Origin: a virus
Lineage: Duplodnaviria > Caudoviricetes
Direction: 5' to 3' (one strand)
Virus record (IMG/VR): IMGVR_UViG_3300025943_000008
Location: 1 to 35,843 of that record
DNA length: 35,843 nt
Shown: piece after piece, positions 9,982 to 18,654 of the stretch
Layout of the letters: every line of letters starts with the position of its first letter
Position numbering within the stretch: the stretch's first letter is position 1
Notes under the pieces: generated by a model
Database searches by the model: none
What the model saw: the letters and a program-made list of their open reading frames with translations, nothing else
What the model was told of the DNA's origin: nothing
Translations under genes and position numbers: made by a program

Positions 9982-11138
9982 TTTGCTTGTCGTTATTTGA
10001 TGGTATGTCATGCGGCCGCATCGCGTTTGATCGTGCCGGTATTCCAATAAAAAAATATTATGCGTCGGAAATAGATAAATACGCGCAAATTGTAAGTGCG
10101 GCAAATTATCCAGATATTATACGGCTCGGAGACATAGAAAAATGGCGCGAATGGAATATTGAAAATCCTGATATTATTATCGGCGGATCGCCATGCCAAG
10201 GCTTTTCATTTGTGGGAAAGCAATTAAATTTTGAAGATGAGCGATCAAAATTATTTTTTGTATTTGTTGAAATTTTAAAACATTACAAGCCTAAATATTT
10301 TTTACTTGAAAATGTTGTTATGAAAAAAGAATATAATGATGTTATTTCGTCCATGTTGGGAGAAATATATCCTGAATGCATTACGCAAAAAGAATTATTT
10401 AGACACGGCAGACTCGAACCTATTCAAATAAATTCTGCTTTAGTTTCGGCGCAAAACAGAGAGCGGCTATACTGGACGAATATACCGAACGCAACGCACC
10501 CTAAAGACAAAGGGATATTTCTGAAAGACATAATTGAGACTGGAGAAGTTGAGAAAGGGATATCTGAAAAATCATTAAAATACATCATAAATAAAAAAGG
10601 CTCGCCGGATAAAAATTTAGAAAGAAAATCAAAATGCTTCACCGCCGGGGCGCACAGTTGCGGCACGCATTCGGATATGGATTTAATACCTGTTTGCCTC
10701 TCGGGAGTCGAAAAAGATAATTTAATACTAATCGGTCACGCCAAAAACATAAAAGGACATGATTATAATAAGCGGGTGTATTCAGCCGAAGGGAAATCAC
10801 CGTCTCTATGCGGTGCTACGGGTGGAAATTTAGAGCCGAAAATCGCCATGAAACAATTGCAGCATGAATATAATCGTGGGTCTGAAAAAATTTGCGGAAA
10901 AGCACCTCCTATAACATCATCAGCATACGAACAAAATAATTTTATCGGCGACATGGTGACGTGGCGAAAATTGACGCCCATGGAATGCGAACGCTTACAA
11001 ACCGTGCCTGATAATTTTACAAATCATGTGAGTAATTCTCAGCGTTATAAAATGCTCGGCAATGGTTGGACGGTTGACGTTATCGCGCATATATTTTCAT
11101 TCATTTCAGCACCCGATAAATTGCACCCATGCCAATAA
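9978..11138 (+). CDS. DNA (cytosine-5)-methyltransferase
   Basis: LFDG, GGSPCQGFS, ENV, QNRERLY and LGNGW motifs. Confidence 0.95.
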   Translation: MICLSLFDGMSCGRIAFDRAGIPIKKYYASEIDKYAQIVSAANYPDIIRLGDIEKWREWNIENPDIIIGGSPCQGFSFVGKQLNFEDERSKLFFVFVEILKHYKPKYFLLENVVMKKEYNDVISSMLGEIYPECITQKELFRHGRLEPIQINSALVSAQNRERLYWTNIPNATHPKDKGIFLKDIIETGEVEKGISEKSLKYIINKKGSPDKNLERKSKCFTAGAHSCGTHSDMDLIPVCLSGVEKDNLILIGHAKNIKGHDYNKRVYSAEGKSPSLCGATGGNLEPKIAMKQLQHEYNRGSEKICGKAPPITSSAYEQNNFIGDMVTWRKLTPMECERLQTVPDNFTNHVSNSQRYKMLGNGWTVDVIAHIFSFISAPDKLHPCQ

Positions 11139-11451
11139 ATAAATCGCGGAATTTGTCTTGCAGAGATCCTTTTTTTATGGATGATTTTCCGGCCTTGACC
11201 TCCTCCGCCGTGAACACTGCAATTTTTTTGCCGACCATTTCGGGGGTTATTTCTATAACGGTAAATCCTACGAGGTCCGGAAAACCCTCCGGCATGGCGT
11301 GTAAAACCCGCGCATCCTGGATTACGGTAAATCTGCCCTTGCGCGTGGCCTTTCCGGCCCACCCCATGCCGCAATTTGCACGGAATAATCGCTCATTCGG
11401 AGCCAGTCCGGCCAGACGCTCGTTGATAATATCTCGTTCAGCTTGTCCCAT
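11101..11451 (-). CDS. VRR-NUC-like PD-(D/E)xK nuclease (resolvase-like)
   Basis: LFRAN, GFPDL, EVK and Q..F motifs; own TTGACA box upstream. Confidence 0.8.
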   Translation of the reverse strand: MGQAERDIINERLAGLAPNERLFRANCGMGWAGKATRKGRFTVIQDARVLHAMPEGFPDLVGFTVIEITPEMVGKKIAVFTAEEVKAGKSSIKKGSLQDKFRDLFIGMGAIYRVLK

Positions 11452-11538
11452 ATATCAGATATAATCTGTTATTTTTTTCTGTCAAACCAAAAAAAATCAT
11501 GTAATTTGCTTGACAAAAACCCAAGCGGTTTGTATATT
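11452..11538. promoter_or_regulatory. Divergent sigma70-type promoter pair
   Basis: + strand: TTGACA 11510-11515, 17 bp spacer, TATATT 11533-11538. - strand: TTGACA 11485-11480, 28 nt before the VRR-NUC ATG, with a weak -10. Confidence 0.7.
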
Positions 11539-11582
11539 ATTTGTATGAGATACGGGCGGCGGCCCTTAAACGGAGGAAGAAA

Positions 11583-11798
11583 ATGAAAAAATATACAGGA
11601 AGTTGGTCAGCAAACAACGGATCAACGTATGCAAGTGGCTATACATCAAACAACAAACGACAACTTGCCAAAGAGATGCGCGAGATTGCGCAGGGAAATG
11701 TTTTTGCGGGGAATACGGGGCATTGGAATGTACATAAAATTGACGCGGAAGGAAATGAAAACTACGATCCAATTTTAAGCGGTATGGTAAGAAACTGA
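11583..11798 (+). CDS. Small hypothetical protein (71 aa) in its own transcription unit
   Basis: GGAGG SD before ATG 11583; promoter upstream and terminator downstream. Confidence 0.75.
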   Translation: MKKYTGSWSANNGSTYASGYTSNNKRQLAKEMREIAQGNVFAGNTGHWNVHKIDAEGNENYDPILSGMVRN

Positions 11799-11808
11799 TA
11801 ATTATTTG

Positions 11809-11831
11809 AGGGGGCTTGCTCCCTATTTTTT
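11809..11831 (+). terminator. Intrinsic terminator
   Basis: AGGGGG-CTTG-CTCCCT stem-loop followed by ATTTTTT. Confidence 0.7.
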
Positions 11832-11833
11832 GT

Positions 11834-11862
11834 TTGACATCGACTAATATATTATATAATTT
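11834..11862 (+). promoter_or_regulatory. Sigma70-type promoter for the lipoprotein gene
   Basis: TTGACA 11834-11839; TATAAT 11855-11860 (15 bp spacer) or TAATTT 11857-11862 (17 bp spacer). Confidence 0.6.
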
Positions 11863-11881
11863 GTATGCGGAGGATAAAATC

Positions 11882-13081
11882 ATGAAAAAAATACTGTATT
11901 TTATTTTTGCAATCGCAGCGGTTGCGTGGCCTATCTTGTCATGCGGGTCTGACAAATCCACTCACTCACCGATTGTGGTAACTGATCCCGATGAACCTGG
12001 TGATCCGGGCGATCCGGGTGACCCCGGAGACCCAGACGATCCCGGTGACCCCGGTGATCCAGACAATCCGGATGACCCGTCTGATCCACCGTCTGCGCCA
12101 TTTGACATTATCATTGCATGGTATGACGGCGCACAGGTTAAATATTATGACGGCAATCAGATAACGACATGGCAAACTGGGAAGGCCGTATATGCCGGGA
12201 ATCGACAAATCTGCTGGAGTGATGCGTTATATTCACTCGACCAAAAAGGCGCGGTCCTATCATCCAAATTTATTGTCGGCACTCCTGATTTTGCGCGCGC
12301 AGACGGTGATGATATATGGATGCTATACAAGATCGATCCGGAAACGGCATATAATAATGGCGCAATGTATAAATGGTATGAAAAATATTTGCTGAATGCC
12401 AGTGAATACGGGAACTGGAAATCAAGGCAATATGAAGCGGCAAAAATGATCATGAATGGTCATGACCTATTTACAATCGGAACAACTCATGGGTGGCGGC
12501 ACATAAACGGGTCACGGACAAATATATTATACGTCGACGATAATTTGATCATCGACGATGTCGACAATGTAAATCGCGCTGGTAAATTTAACGGCGTGCC
12601 TGTATCATGGTCGCTGAATTTTTTGACATCAATAAATAGGTGGCAAAAAGCGGATGGAAAATATTACTCGTGGAATGGGTATATATTCGACGGCACGGCG
12701 TTACTGGAAACATCGGGAAACGCAATGGAGGCATGGAGACTGCGGCCCAATTATCCGTTTACTGTACAGGAAAATGCAGTAGTAATTCCCGCTGGCGTTG
12801 CGACTGAAAATGAAGAACAAGTCACATATTGGATCGAATGTAATACGGGATGGCTGTTTAGATATGTTCCGTCTACAAATCAGATAACACAAAAAGCGCG
12901 GCTGTATATCGGCGACGGAATGCGCGATACCGGAATATATTATTCGACAATTTTAAAACCTGTTGCCGGATATGACGGGATATATTTTTGTTTTGATGAC
13001 GGCGCGATCTATCGGTACAGATTTGACAACGGACTTGTCGGCTACATTTCGCAGGGCGCGGAATGGATGGTGGCGTGGTGA
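11882..13081 (+). CDS. Putative lipoprotein with Pro-Gly-Asp linker and Trp/Tyr-rich beta domain
   Basis: GGAGG SD; MKKILYFIFAIAAVAWPILS-C signal/lipobox; (PGD)n linker. Confidence 0.75.
   Translation: MKKILYFIFAIAAVAWPILSCGSDKSTHSPIVVTDPDEPGDPGDPGDPGDPDDPGDPGDPDNPDDPSDPPSAPFDIIIAWYDGAQVKYYDGNQITTWQTGKAVYAGNRQICWSDALYSLDQKGAVLSSKFIVGTPDFARADGDDIWMLYKIDPETAYNNGAMYKWYEKYLLNASEYGNWKSRQYEAAKMIMNGHDLFTIGTTHGWRHINGSRTNILYVDDNLIIDDVDNVNRAGKFNGVPVSWSLNFLTSINRWQKADGKYYSWNGYIFDGTALLETSGNAMEAWRLRPNYPFTVQENAVVIPAGVATENEEQVTYWIECNTGWLFRYVPSTNQITQKARLYIGDGMRDTGIYYSTILKPVAGYDGIYFCFDDGAIYRYRFDNGLVGYISQGAEWMVAW
11984..12090 (+). repeat. Degenerate 9-bp coding repeat (D-P-G/D, about 12 units)
   Basis: DPDEPGDPGDPGDPGDPDDPGDPGDPDNPDDPSDPP. 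Confidence 0.9.
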
Positions 13082-13293
13082 TGATTGAAAACAGAATGGC
13101 ACCCGACGGCAAACCATATACTCAAGATGAGGCGGATAAATGGTTGCCGTTGTGGGAAAAGTATTTATCTGAATATTTTTGGAATCGACCTTTATTATCT
13201 TGTCCGATAACATTGACTGATTTTTTAGAAAAATGTTGGCGGGATGATTATCCAGATAAAGCAATAGCGTTAAATCTTGGGGCAAATATTTAA
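13081..13293 (+). CDS. Hypothetical protein (70 aa)
   Basis: TGATG overlap with the lipoprotein stop. Confidence 0.55.
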   Translation: MIENRMAPDGKPYTQDEADKWLPLWEKYLSEYFWNRPLLSCPITLTDFLEKCWRDDYPDKAIALNLGANI

Positions 13294-13307
13294 AATAGGA
13301 GTATATC

Positions 13308-13568
13308 ATGATAATCGGATCAAATTTTTACAACAGGAATATCGCGGTGAGGGGAAAACTGCCAAAACATGTAAAGGTAATTGTAAGGCGCGACGTTCCG
13401 GAAAAAGATCAGCATGCTGAAACCGTAGTTTTTGATCAAATCAAGAATAAAAAACAAAACAATATGCGTATGTTTTCGCTTGCAAGATTTGATTTTCAGG
13501 CGCGTAAATGGATGCCAAAAAAAGACTCGCCCGAGATTGATATTTTGAATTGTACAGTGTCAAAATAA
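13308..13568 (+). CDS. Hypothetical protein (86 aa)
   Basis: AGGAG SD; ends before the terminator. Confidence 0.7.
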   Translation: MIIGSNFYNRNIAVRGKLPKHVKVIVRRDVPEKDQHAETVVFDQIKNKKQNNMRMFSLARFDFQARKWMPKKDSPEIDILNCTVSK

Positions 13569-13592
13569 TTATTGCACGATCATATTAAAATC

Positions 13593-13620
13593 AAAGCCCC
13601 GATTATTCCGGGGCTTTTTT
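13593..13620. terminator. Intrinsic terminator between the convergent arms (likely bidirectional)
   Basis: AAAGCCCCG-attattc-CGGGGCTTTTTT. Confidence 0.85.
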
Positions 13621-13621
13621 A

Positions 13622-14479
13622 TTACGCGTATAACGTTTCGATCTTTGCGACTTCAGTATCCCGCCACGCTTTTGCTTCTGTAAGTGCTGCCGATGCGGTT
13701 GCGCCGTTGATTTCCAGCTCTACTTTTTTCTGCGCTGCCATAGATGTCACGCCCGATATTCTGATCGCTTTTTCATCTGTTTTTTGCTGCGTCGTAAGTG
13801 CCGCGATCCGCTCACGTTCATGCTGATCGGCTATTTCCTTGCGCTGCTTATCATCAAGTTCCTGGATCGTTTTTTCGTCTGGTTTTGGTTTATCGTTGAT
13901 TTTTGTGATTTCGCGCGAGATCCATTTATCAACAGGTTTACTCCATACGACAATGCCGCGATAATCATCAATCATTTTCATGTTTTCATCTAAAAATTTA
14001 CCCGCTTGTGCCGCTTCGATCATTTTGTCGGTGATGATAATTGCATCTTCTTCTGTGATAATATTCTCTCCCTGTTTTGGCGTAAAATATACGGCATGTT
14101 TTAACATCAATTCTTTCCGCTTTTCTTTGAGAGGTGCTTCCATTGCTGCAAGTTCTGTCTCTTTGGATGCGATCAACGTTCGTGCTGATTGATATTCAAA
14201 CGCATATTTATTTTTTTCAGCCGCATAACGTGTTTTGTCTGATTGATTTGTGGCCTTGCGTTCCAGTTGAAACATCTTTGAGGCATTTTCAAACGATAAC
14301 CGCGCCGAAATTACAAGTGGTTCTATCTCTTTTTTCTTTGCCAGTACATCTGTAAATTCTTTTGTGGTAATAAGTTCGGCCTCTGCCAGCGGCTCGGTTG
14401 CTTTAGGATCAATCTGTGCTTCACCTATTCCAACAATTATTTTTATCCCATCAATTGTCGTTGTGATTTTTGTTTTCAT
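13622..14479 (-). CDS. Coiled-coil-rich protein downstream of the tail fibre (possible fibre assembly/accessory protein)
   Basis: GGAG SD; position after the fibre; helical, charged composition. Confidence 0.55.
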   Translation of the reverse strand: MKTKITTTIDGIKIIVGIGEAQIDPKATEPLAEAELITTKEFTDVLAKKKEIEPLVISARLSFENASKMFQLERKATNQSDKTRYAAEKNKYAFEYQSARTLIASKETELAAMEAPLKEKRKELMLKHAVYFTPKQGENIITEEDAIIITDKMIEAAQAGKFLDENMKMIDDYRGIVVWSKPVDKWISREITKINDKPKPDEKTIQELDDKQRKEIADQHERERIAALTTQQKTDEKAIRISGVTSMAAQKKVELEINGATASAALTEAKAWRDTEVAKIETLYA

Positions 14480-14564
14480 AAAATCTCCGTTATGTAAATA
14501 TAAATCAGAGGGATTATTATTATGATGTCAATTATAATTCCCGCTATAATCGGTTTATGGTCCA

Positions 14565-15326
14565 TCAATATGTTATTCCGAAATTTGTACCTATCGTGCA
14601 GTCGCGAGTTGTTGCCCCGGTACGAGGAGTTCCATTCACCCCGTCATCCGTTGGATTGTCAATAATAGCATTAGTTAATTCTCCCGTAACGCCTGAGTCA
14701 ACGAGAATATTGTTATTGTTTGGGCCGACTAATTGATTTGTAGATGCGTGTTTGTGCCCCTGCATTTGATCTTCTTCAATCGCCGTAAACGCTGGTCCAG
14801 TTTTTACGCGAGTATTTATCGTATGATTCCCCGCGCCTTTGGGCGATACGGCGCGGTGATCTGGAAGGACAAAATATCCGCCCGCCGTATCTCTCGTGGT
14901 GCCTCCCGCGTCAGATGTTTTGTAATACGCCGGAGCCGTGGGATTATTGGCATCACCCACATAACAGGCATTCCCAAGATCGGTATAACTTGCAATCTCA
15001 ATAACCTGTCCCTGCAACAATAATACCCGGTCCCCATTTGCCGCAGGTGTTCCGTTTTTATCGTACATGACCCGATAGCCGGGGCCAAGTGCAAAACCCT
15101 TTTTAAGCGCGTCAAGTATTTGAGATGCCCCCGCCGCCTCTGTTATACCGTTAGGCGATACACCGGCATAATCAAGTAACGCCTGTTGCCATCCCCACAT
15201 GCCATCATCTATAAGAGCCGCTACAAATTCAGTGCCGTCACCTGCGCCGGGGGCAGTAACATTTTTAGCTGTAATATCTGGCCATATCCCATTAAATTCG
15301 GCGAAAACAGTTGACATATCTTTCAT
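14565..15326 (-). CDS. Short tail fibre with collar-like domain
   Basis: Follows the gp48-like gene; ALLDYAGVSP..QILDAL N-terminus; FVLPDHRA collar-like motif; EDQMQGHKH HxH motif. Confidence 0.75.
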   Translation of the reverse strand: MKDMSTVFAEFNGIWPDITAKNVTAPGAGDGTEFVAALIDDGMWGWQQALLDYAGVSPNGITEAAGASQILDALKKGFALGPGYRVMYDKNGTPAANGDRVLLLQGQVIEIASYTDLGNACYVGDANNPTAPAYYKTSDAGGTTRDTAGGYFVLPDHRAVSPKGAGNHTINTRVKTGPAFTAIEEDQMQGHKHASTNQLVGPNNNNILVDSGVTGELTNAIIDNPTDDGVNGTPRTGATTRDCTIGTNFGITY

Positions 15327-15339
15327 GATAAATCCTCCA

Positions 15340-16155
15340 TCATGTATATATTACAATCAATCCGCCCCATGAATGCAGCGGTTTAAATCTCAAAATTGTT
15401 CTGCGAAATTCTACGCGTCGCTGATTTGGCACACCATAAAAATCAATTGCCGTAATCGCGTTAGTTACCGGATCGCGTGTCGCGGGGCCGCCAACAAAGA
15501 AAAATAATGACCAATATCCGGAAACGGTTGGAATCTCGTATGAAATATCCATCGATAAAGATTTGTATCCGTCAAAATCTCCACAAAATATATCCGCTCC
15601 GCAACATACGCCGGGTTCATCGCATTTATTAACATAGTTAGGTGTCTGTGAAAACAAATCTCCGTTAACTATAAGCTCACCGCCTAACGATGCGCAAATT
15701 GCCTCAGGTTCGCCACATTGCGCATCATTTCCGCCGGGCAACAGATCACCGCACATCATATTAAATGCTTGCGTTAAAAACATCGCCGGATCAATAGCCG
15801 GACTATTTACATGCACGTACACATCGTCAAATCCGGCTTCCCTCAATTTGGCTTGCATCATATCGGCGGCGCCGGTGGAAGTTCTTCGATATCGGAATGC
15901 TTTTAATCGTGATCGCCGTTCCTCTTCCGTTGATCCGGTAACCGGTATTACTCCATATTCTTTTTCAAGATCAGGCAACATAATAGTACGTTCAGGATCG
16001 CGTAAATATGCTAACTGTTCCATGTCATCAATTATAACATCTGAATTATCGCCGATACCATTGAGCAATAAATCATAATCATCATCTGATTTTGGTTGCC
16101 ACGCAATACCCTCAGGCAATAATGTATTTATGATTTGTCGCGATAGATCAGGCAT
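15340..16155 (-). CDS. Baseplate wedge protein (Mu gp48/YmfQ-like) with Cys-rich insert
   Basis: LLPEGIAW, DPERT..LPDLEKEYG and C-terminal KPLHS motifs; position after the J-like gene. Confidence 0.8.
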   Translation of the reverse strand: MPDLSRQIINTLLPEGIAWQPKSDDDYDLLLNGIGDNSDVIIDDMEQLAYLRDPERTIMLPDLEKEYGVIPVTGSTEEERRSRLKAFRYRRTSTGAADMMQAKLREAGFDDVYVHVNSPAIDPAMFLTQAFNMMCGDLLPGGNDAQCGEPEAICASLGGELIVNGDLFSQTPNYVNKCDEPGVCCGADIFCGDFDGYKSLSMDISYEIPTVSGYWSLFFFVGGPATRDPVTNAITAIDFYGVPNQRRVEFRRTILRFKPLHSWGGLIVIYT

Positions 16156-17323
16156 ACGTCACCGTACCGAGTTTGCCGAGTTCACCTTGACCTAACGTAT
16201 ATGTCGATAAGAACACGCCCACCACAAGACCAAATCCAACCGACGACGCAGTGGCACCAAACGATGATAACACGTCTTGAATAATATTGCCTACCGACAT
16301 AGATGTTATAGTATCATTTCGTTCTTGCGGCAAATCAACGCCATCGACAAATGGTTTCACCGTGGTAAAATATAATGATGAGGCGTCACTGATAGCGGTT
16401 TTGCAAGCCGTTTCTTTGTCCGCATCCACCGTAAGATCCCTGACCTCAACGTGAAAAGTTGATCTTGATATTGATCGTAAAAATAATGTTGCATCAGTTA
16501 TCCCGAGTGGTGCGCGCTCCTCCCCGGTTTCTGGATCAATCGCAATCGCATCGCGCACGTCATCCAATAACCACGATGGGGCTATACCCTCAACATCTAC
16601 ATCCGTTGTCGCCTCTATAAAAATTTGTCTGTCACCTGGAAAACTTGTTCCCTCATCGGCCGGACGGCCTGAATAAGGAAACGCTTGTTTTACCCCGATA
16701 ACAGTTTCAGCCCAAATTTTGTGGTCTGTCGCATTTGCTCCGCCTGTGATTGCGCGTTGTGCAAATAATACACGAGGTCTATAATCCTCATCTGATTCGG
16801 CATCAACTCCATTTGTGGTCATGGCGGTAACGGTTGCCGTTGTTTCTGCGCCCGTAATTTGTGATGCTATTTGTAATTCGTCGCCAATTTCAAGATTTCC
16901 GTTTGATCCAGATTCGGTGCACCGCAGTGATAGTGTTGCCACGTCAGCAACCGCAGTCACATCAGATTCGGGTCGATATCTCAATCCGTTTGCATCGGCT
17001 ATAAAATCCATCGTGGTAGGTATTATCGTTCCTGTGGCCGCCGGTAATGTCGCTGTTAATATTGCGGTTTCTGCTGCCTTACGTGGCGTATTTTCATTGT
17101 TGCCTATTACGTCAAGGTCTTCACCGATTGCGGTTAATGCAAAATTGGCCTTTGCGCGATCTGCGGCATAATGATAAATCCCCACATCTTGCCCCGCCTC
17201 AGTCAGTGCAAGGACCGGGATAAACGCTTTATCGTGACTCGGCGCATCTTGTTGTATTGCAGTTTCAAGGCGAGTTTTATGAGCCTCAAAAAGTTCCTCT
17301 GTCGTTGGGATTAAATATGCCAT
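16148..17323 (-). CDS. Baseplate J-like protein (Mu gp47-like)
   Basis: TAIGEDLD, G.NGN, GVDAESDEDYR, GGANATD..WA motifs. Confidence 0.9.
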   Translation of the reverse strand: MAYLIPTTEELFEAHKTRLETAIQQDAPSHDKAFIPVLALTEAGQDVGIYHYAADRAKANFALTAIGEDLDVIGNNENTPRKAAETAILTATLPAATGTIIPTTMDFIADANGLRYRPESDVTAVADVATLSLRCTESGSNGNLEIGDELQIASQITGAETTATVTAMTTNGVDAESDEDYRPRVLFAQRAITGGANATDHKIWAETVIGVKQAFPYSGRPADEGTSFPGDRQIFIEATTDVDVEGIAPSWLLDDVRDAIAIDPETGEERAPLGITDATLFLRSISRSTFHVEVRDLTVDADKETACKTAISDASSLYFTTVKPFVDGVDLPQERNDTITSMSVGNIIQDVLSSFGATASSVGFGLVVGVFLSTYTLGQGELGKLGTVTYA

Positions 17324-17776
17324 TTATTTATCCTCCGGAAATTTTGCATGCGCCGGATTAGATATTTGCGCGGTCCAGTTTGTGCCGTTTTTTGTTATCG
17401 ATAATTTTGACGCGCCTAAAATTATCGAGGTATTTATATGATCTGATTTCGGATTTGTGACTTCAATCAAAATTGATTTCATTATTTTTTCATCTTTAAA
17501 CCATTTCAGAGCTTGTTCTGCGGCATCTGTAATATCATTTATCGTTATCAATGATTGTATAGGTTTATTACATTTCGCTTCATATTCCGATCCTATTTTT
17601 TGCGATTGTTTTTTGAATAATGAATTACCCCAATATCCTGAGCGTGTAAATAACGATATAATCGCGGCATTTTCAAAACCTTGATCCATCACTGGTTGTC
17701 CGCCTATAAATCGCATTGATGCACCGTCTGGCGTTATGTGTATCGCGGGGTCACCTTGAAATCGTGAGCATTTCAT
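17324..17776 (-). CDS. Baseplate protein (Mu gp46-like)
   Basis: AAIISLFT, GYWGN, IGS and AEQALKW motifs. Confidence 0.8.
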   Translation of the reverse strand: MKCSRFQGDPAIHITPDGASMRFIGGQPVMDQGFENAAIISLFTRSGYWGNSLFKKQSQKIGSEYEAKCNKPIQSLITINDITDAAEQALKWFKDEKIMKSILIEVTNPKSDHINTSIILGASKLSITKNGTNWTAQISNPAHAKFPEDK

Positions 17777-17955
17777 CTGTCTGTAATTCTCTCATATAAC
17801 TTTGCAAAAAATGTAAATAATGCCGGTACAAAAATAATAGATATTATCTTGCATAACCCGTCAAGATGGTCATTGACTCTCGATATGACAAGATACGTCA
17901 TACACGCCGCAAAAATATATACAAACAACCCTTTTATTCGCAATCGTTTTATCAT
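17773..17955 (-). CDS. Small two-TM membrane protein (holin-like candidate)
   Basis: Two hydrophobic stretches; ATGA overlaps on both sides. Confidence 0.5.
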   Translation of the reverse strand: MIKRLRIKGLFVYIFAACMTYLVISRVNDHLDGLCKIISIIFVPALFTFFAKLYERITDR

Positions 17956-18161
17956 GACAGCGTACCTGTTCCCGTTGTTGATCCGTTTATCGTATCCGGA
18001 GTAGTAACGGTAATCCCTGAATTTACTTGCGCCGATAAAATTGCGTTGCGAACAATGTCGGCCATGCGATCGGCAAATGTGTCGTCGCTCATCGGATCAT
18101 CTCCGCGCGCATCATTATACAATGATACTAACGCAGCTTTAATTGTTGCTTTTACAACCAT
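17952..18161 (-). CDS. Small baseplate-associated protein (possible spike tip)
   Basis: Directly after the spike gene; Thr/Gly-rich C-terminus. Confidence 0.5.
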   Translation of the reverse strand: MVVKATIKAALVSLYNDARGDDPMSDDTFADRMADIVRNAILSAQVNSGITVTTPDTINGSTTGTGTLS

Positions 18162-18162
18162 A

Positions 18163-18654
18163 TCATGCCTCAGTCAATAAATTTCCAATGCGAGTTTTTA
18201 TTGCTTCAAGCGCAATTTTACTTGCAGGTGAAACTGAATGATTAGACGGACTACCAAATGTTGTCATGTCTTCAATTGCATCTATCAAATCATCAATAAT
18301 CGTTTTGAAATTTTCAGTTTCATTTTTTAGAAACGTTTTGCCATTTGCTTTTAATCGCAATTGTGCTTTTTTTTGCGTCACGGGATTATTTGTACTATAA
18401 ATTTCTTTATCTCCCGGATCTGTTTCAGGCAATAATCCGTCTGAAATTCCGGATGCGATTTGATATGAATCAGATACGGGTATCACACACACGCGACAAC
18501 CGTTCGCAGGGTTGGAATCGTCACCTGCGCCGGAAAATAACTCGATAGTGCGGACGTCTTCGCCGGGGATTATTTCAATCTGTAAAATAATGCGGTCCTT
18601 GTCTCCGTCGCGGTTTTTACCGATTCGGCATCCTGTGATTTTTCCTAACTCCAC
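18163..18654 (-). CDS. Baseplate spike / assembly protein (Mu gp45/gpV-like)
   Basis: Follows the hub; S.P..G OB-fold-type segment and PGDKEIY motif. Confidence 0.7.
   Translation of the reverse strand: MELGKITGCRIGKNRDGDKDRIILQIEIIPGEDVRTIELFSGAGDDSNPANGCRVCVIPVSDSYQIASGISDGLLPETDPGDKEIYSTNNPVTQKKAQLRLKANGKTFLKNETENFKTIIDDLIDAIEDMTTFGSPSNHSVSPASKIALEAIKTRIGNLLTEA

Noticed and set aside
9978-11451. C5-MTase plus nuclease as a type II restriction-modification pair
   Set aside because: The 116-aa nuclease has VRR-NUC/resolvase-like motifs and is too small for a typical REase.
11984-12090. PGD repeats as a CRISPR array or collagen helix
   Set aside because: 9-bp degenerate coding units without spacers; Gly is not kept at every third position; best read as a linker.
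14640-14760. Asn-rich fibre tip as a DGR variable region
   Set aside because: No reverse transcriptase and no second near-identical template copy seen.
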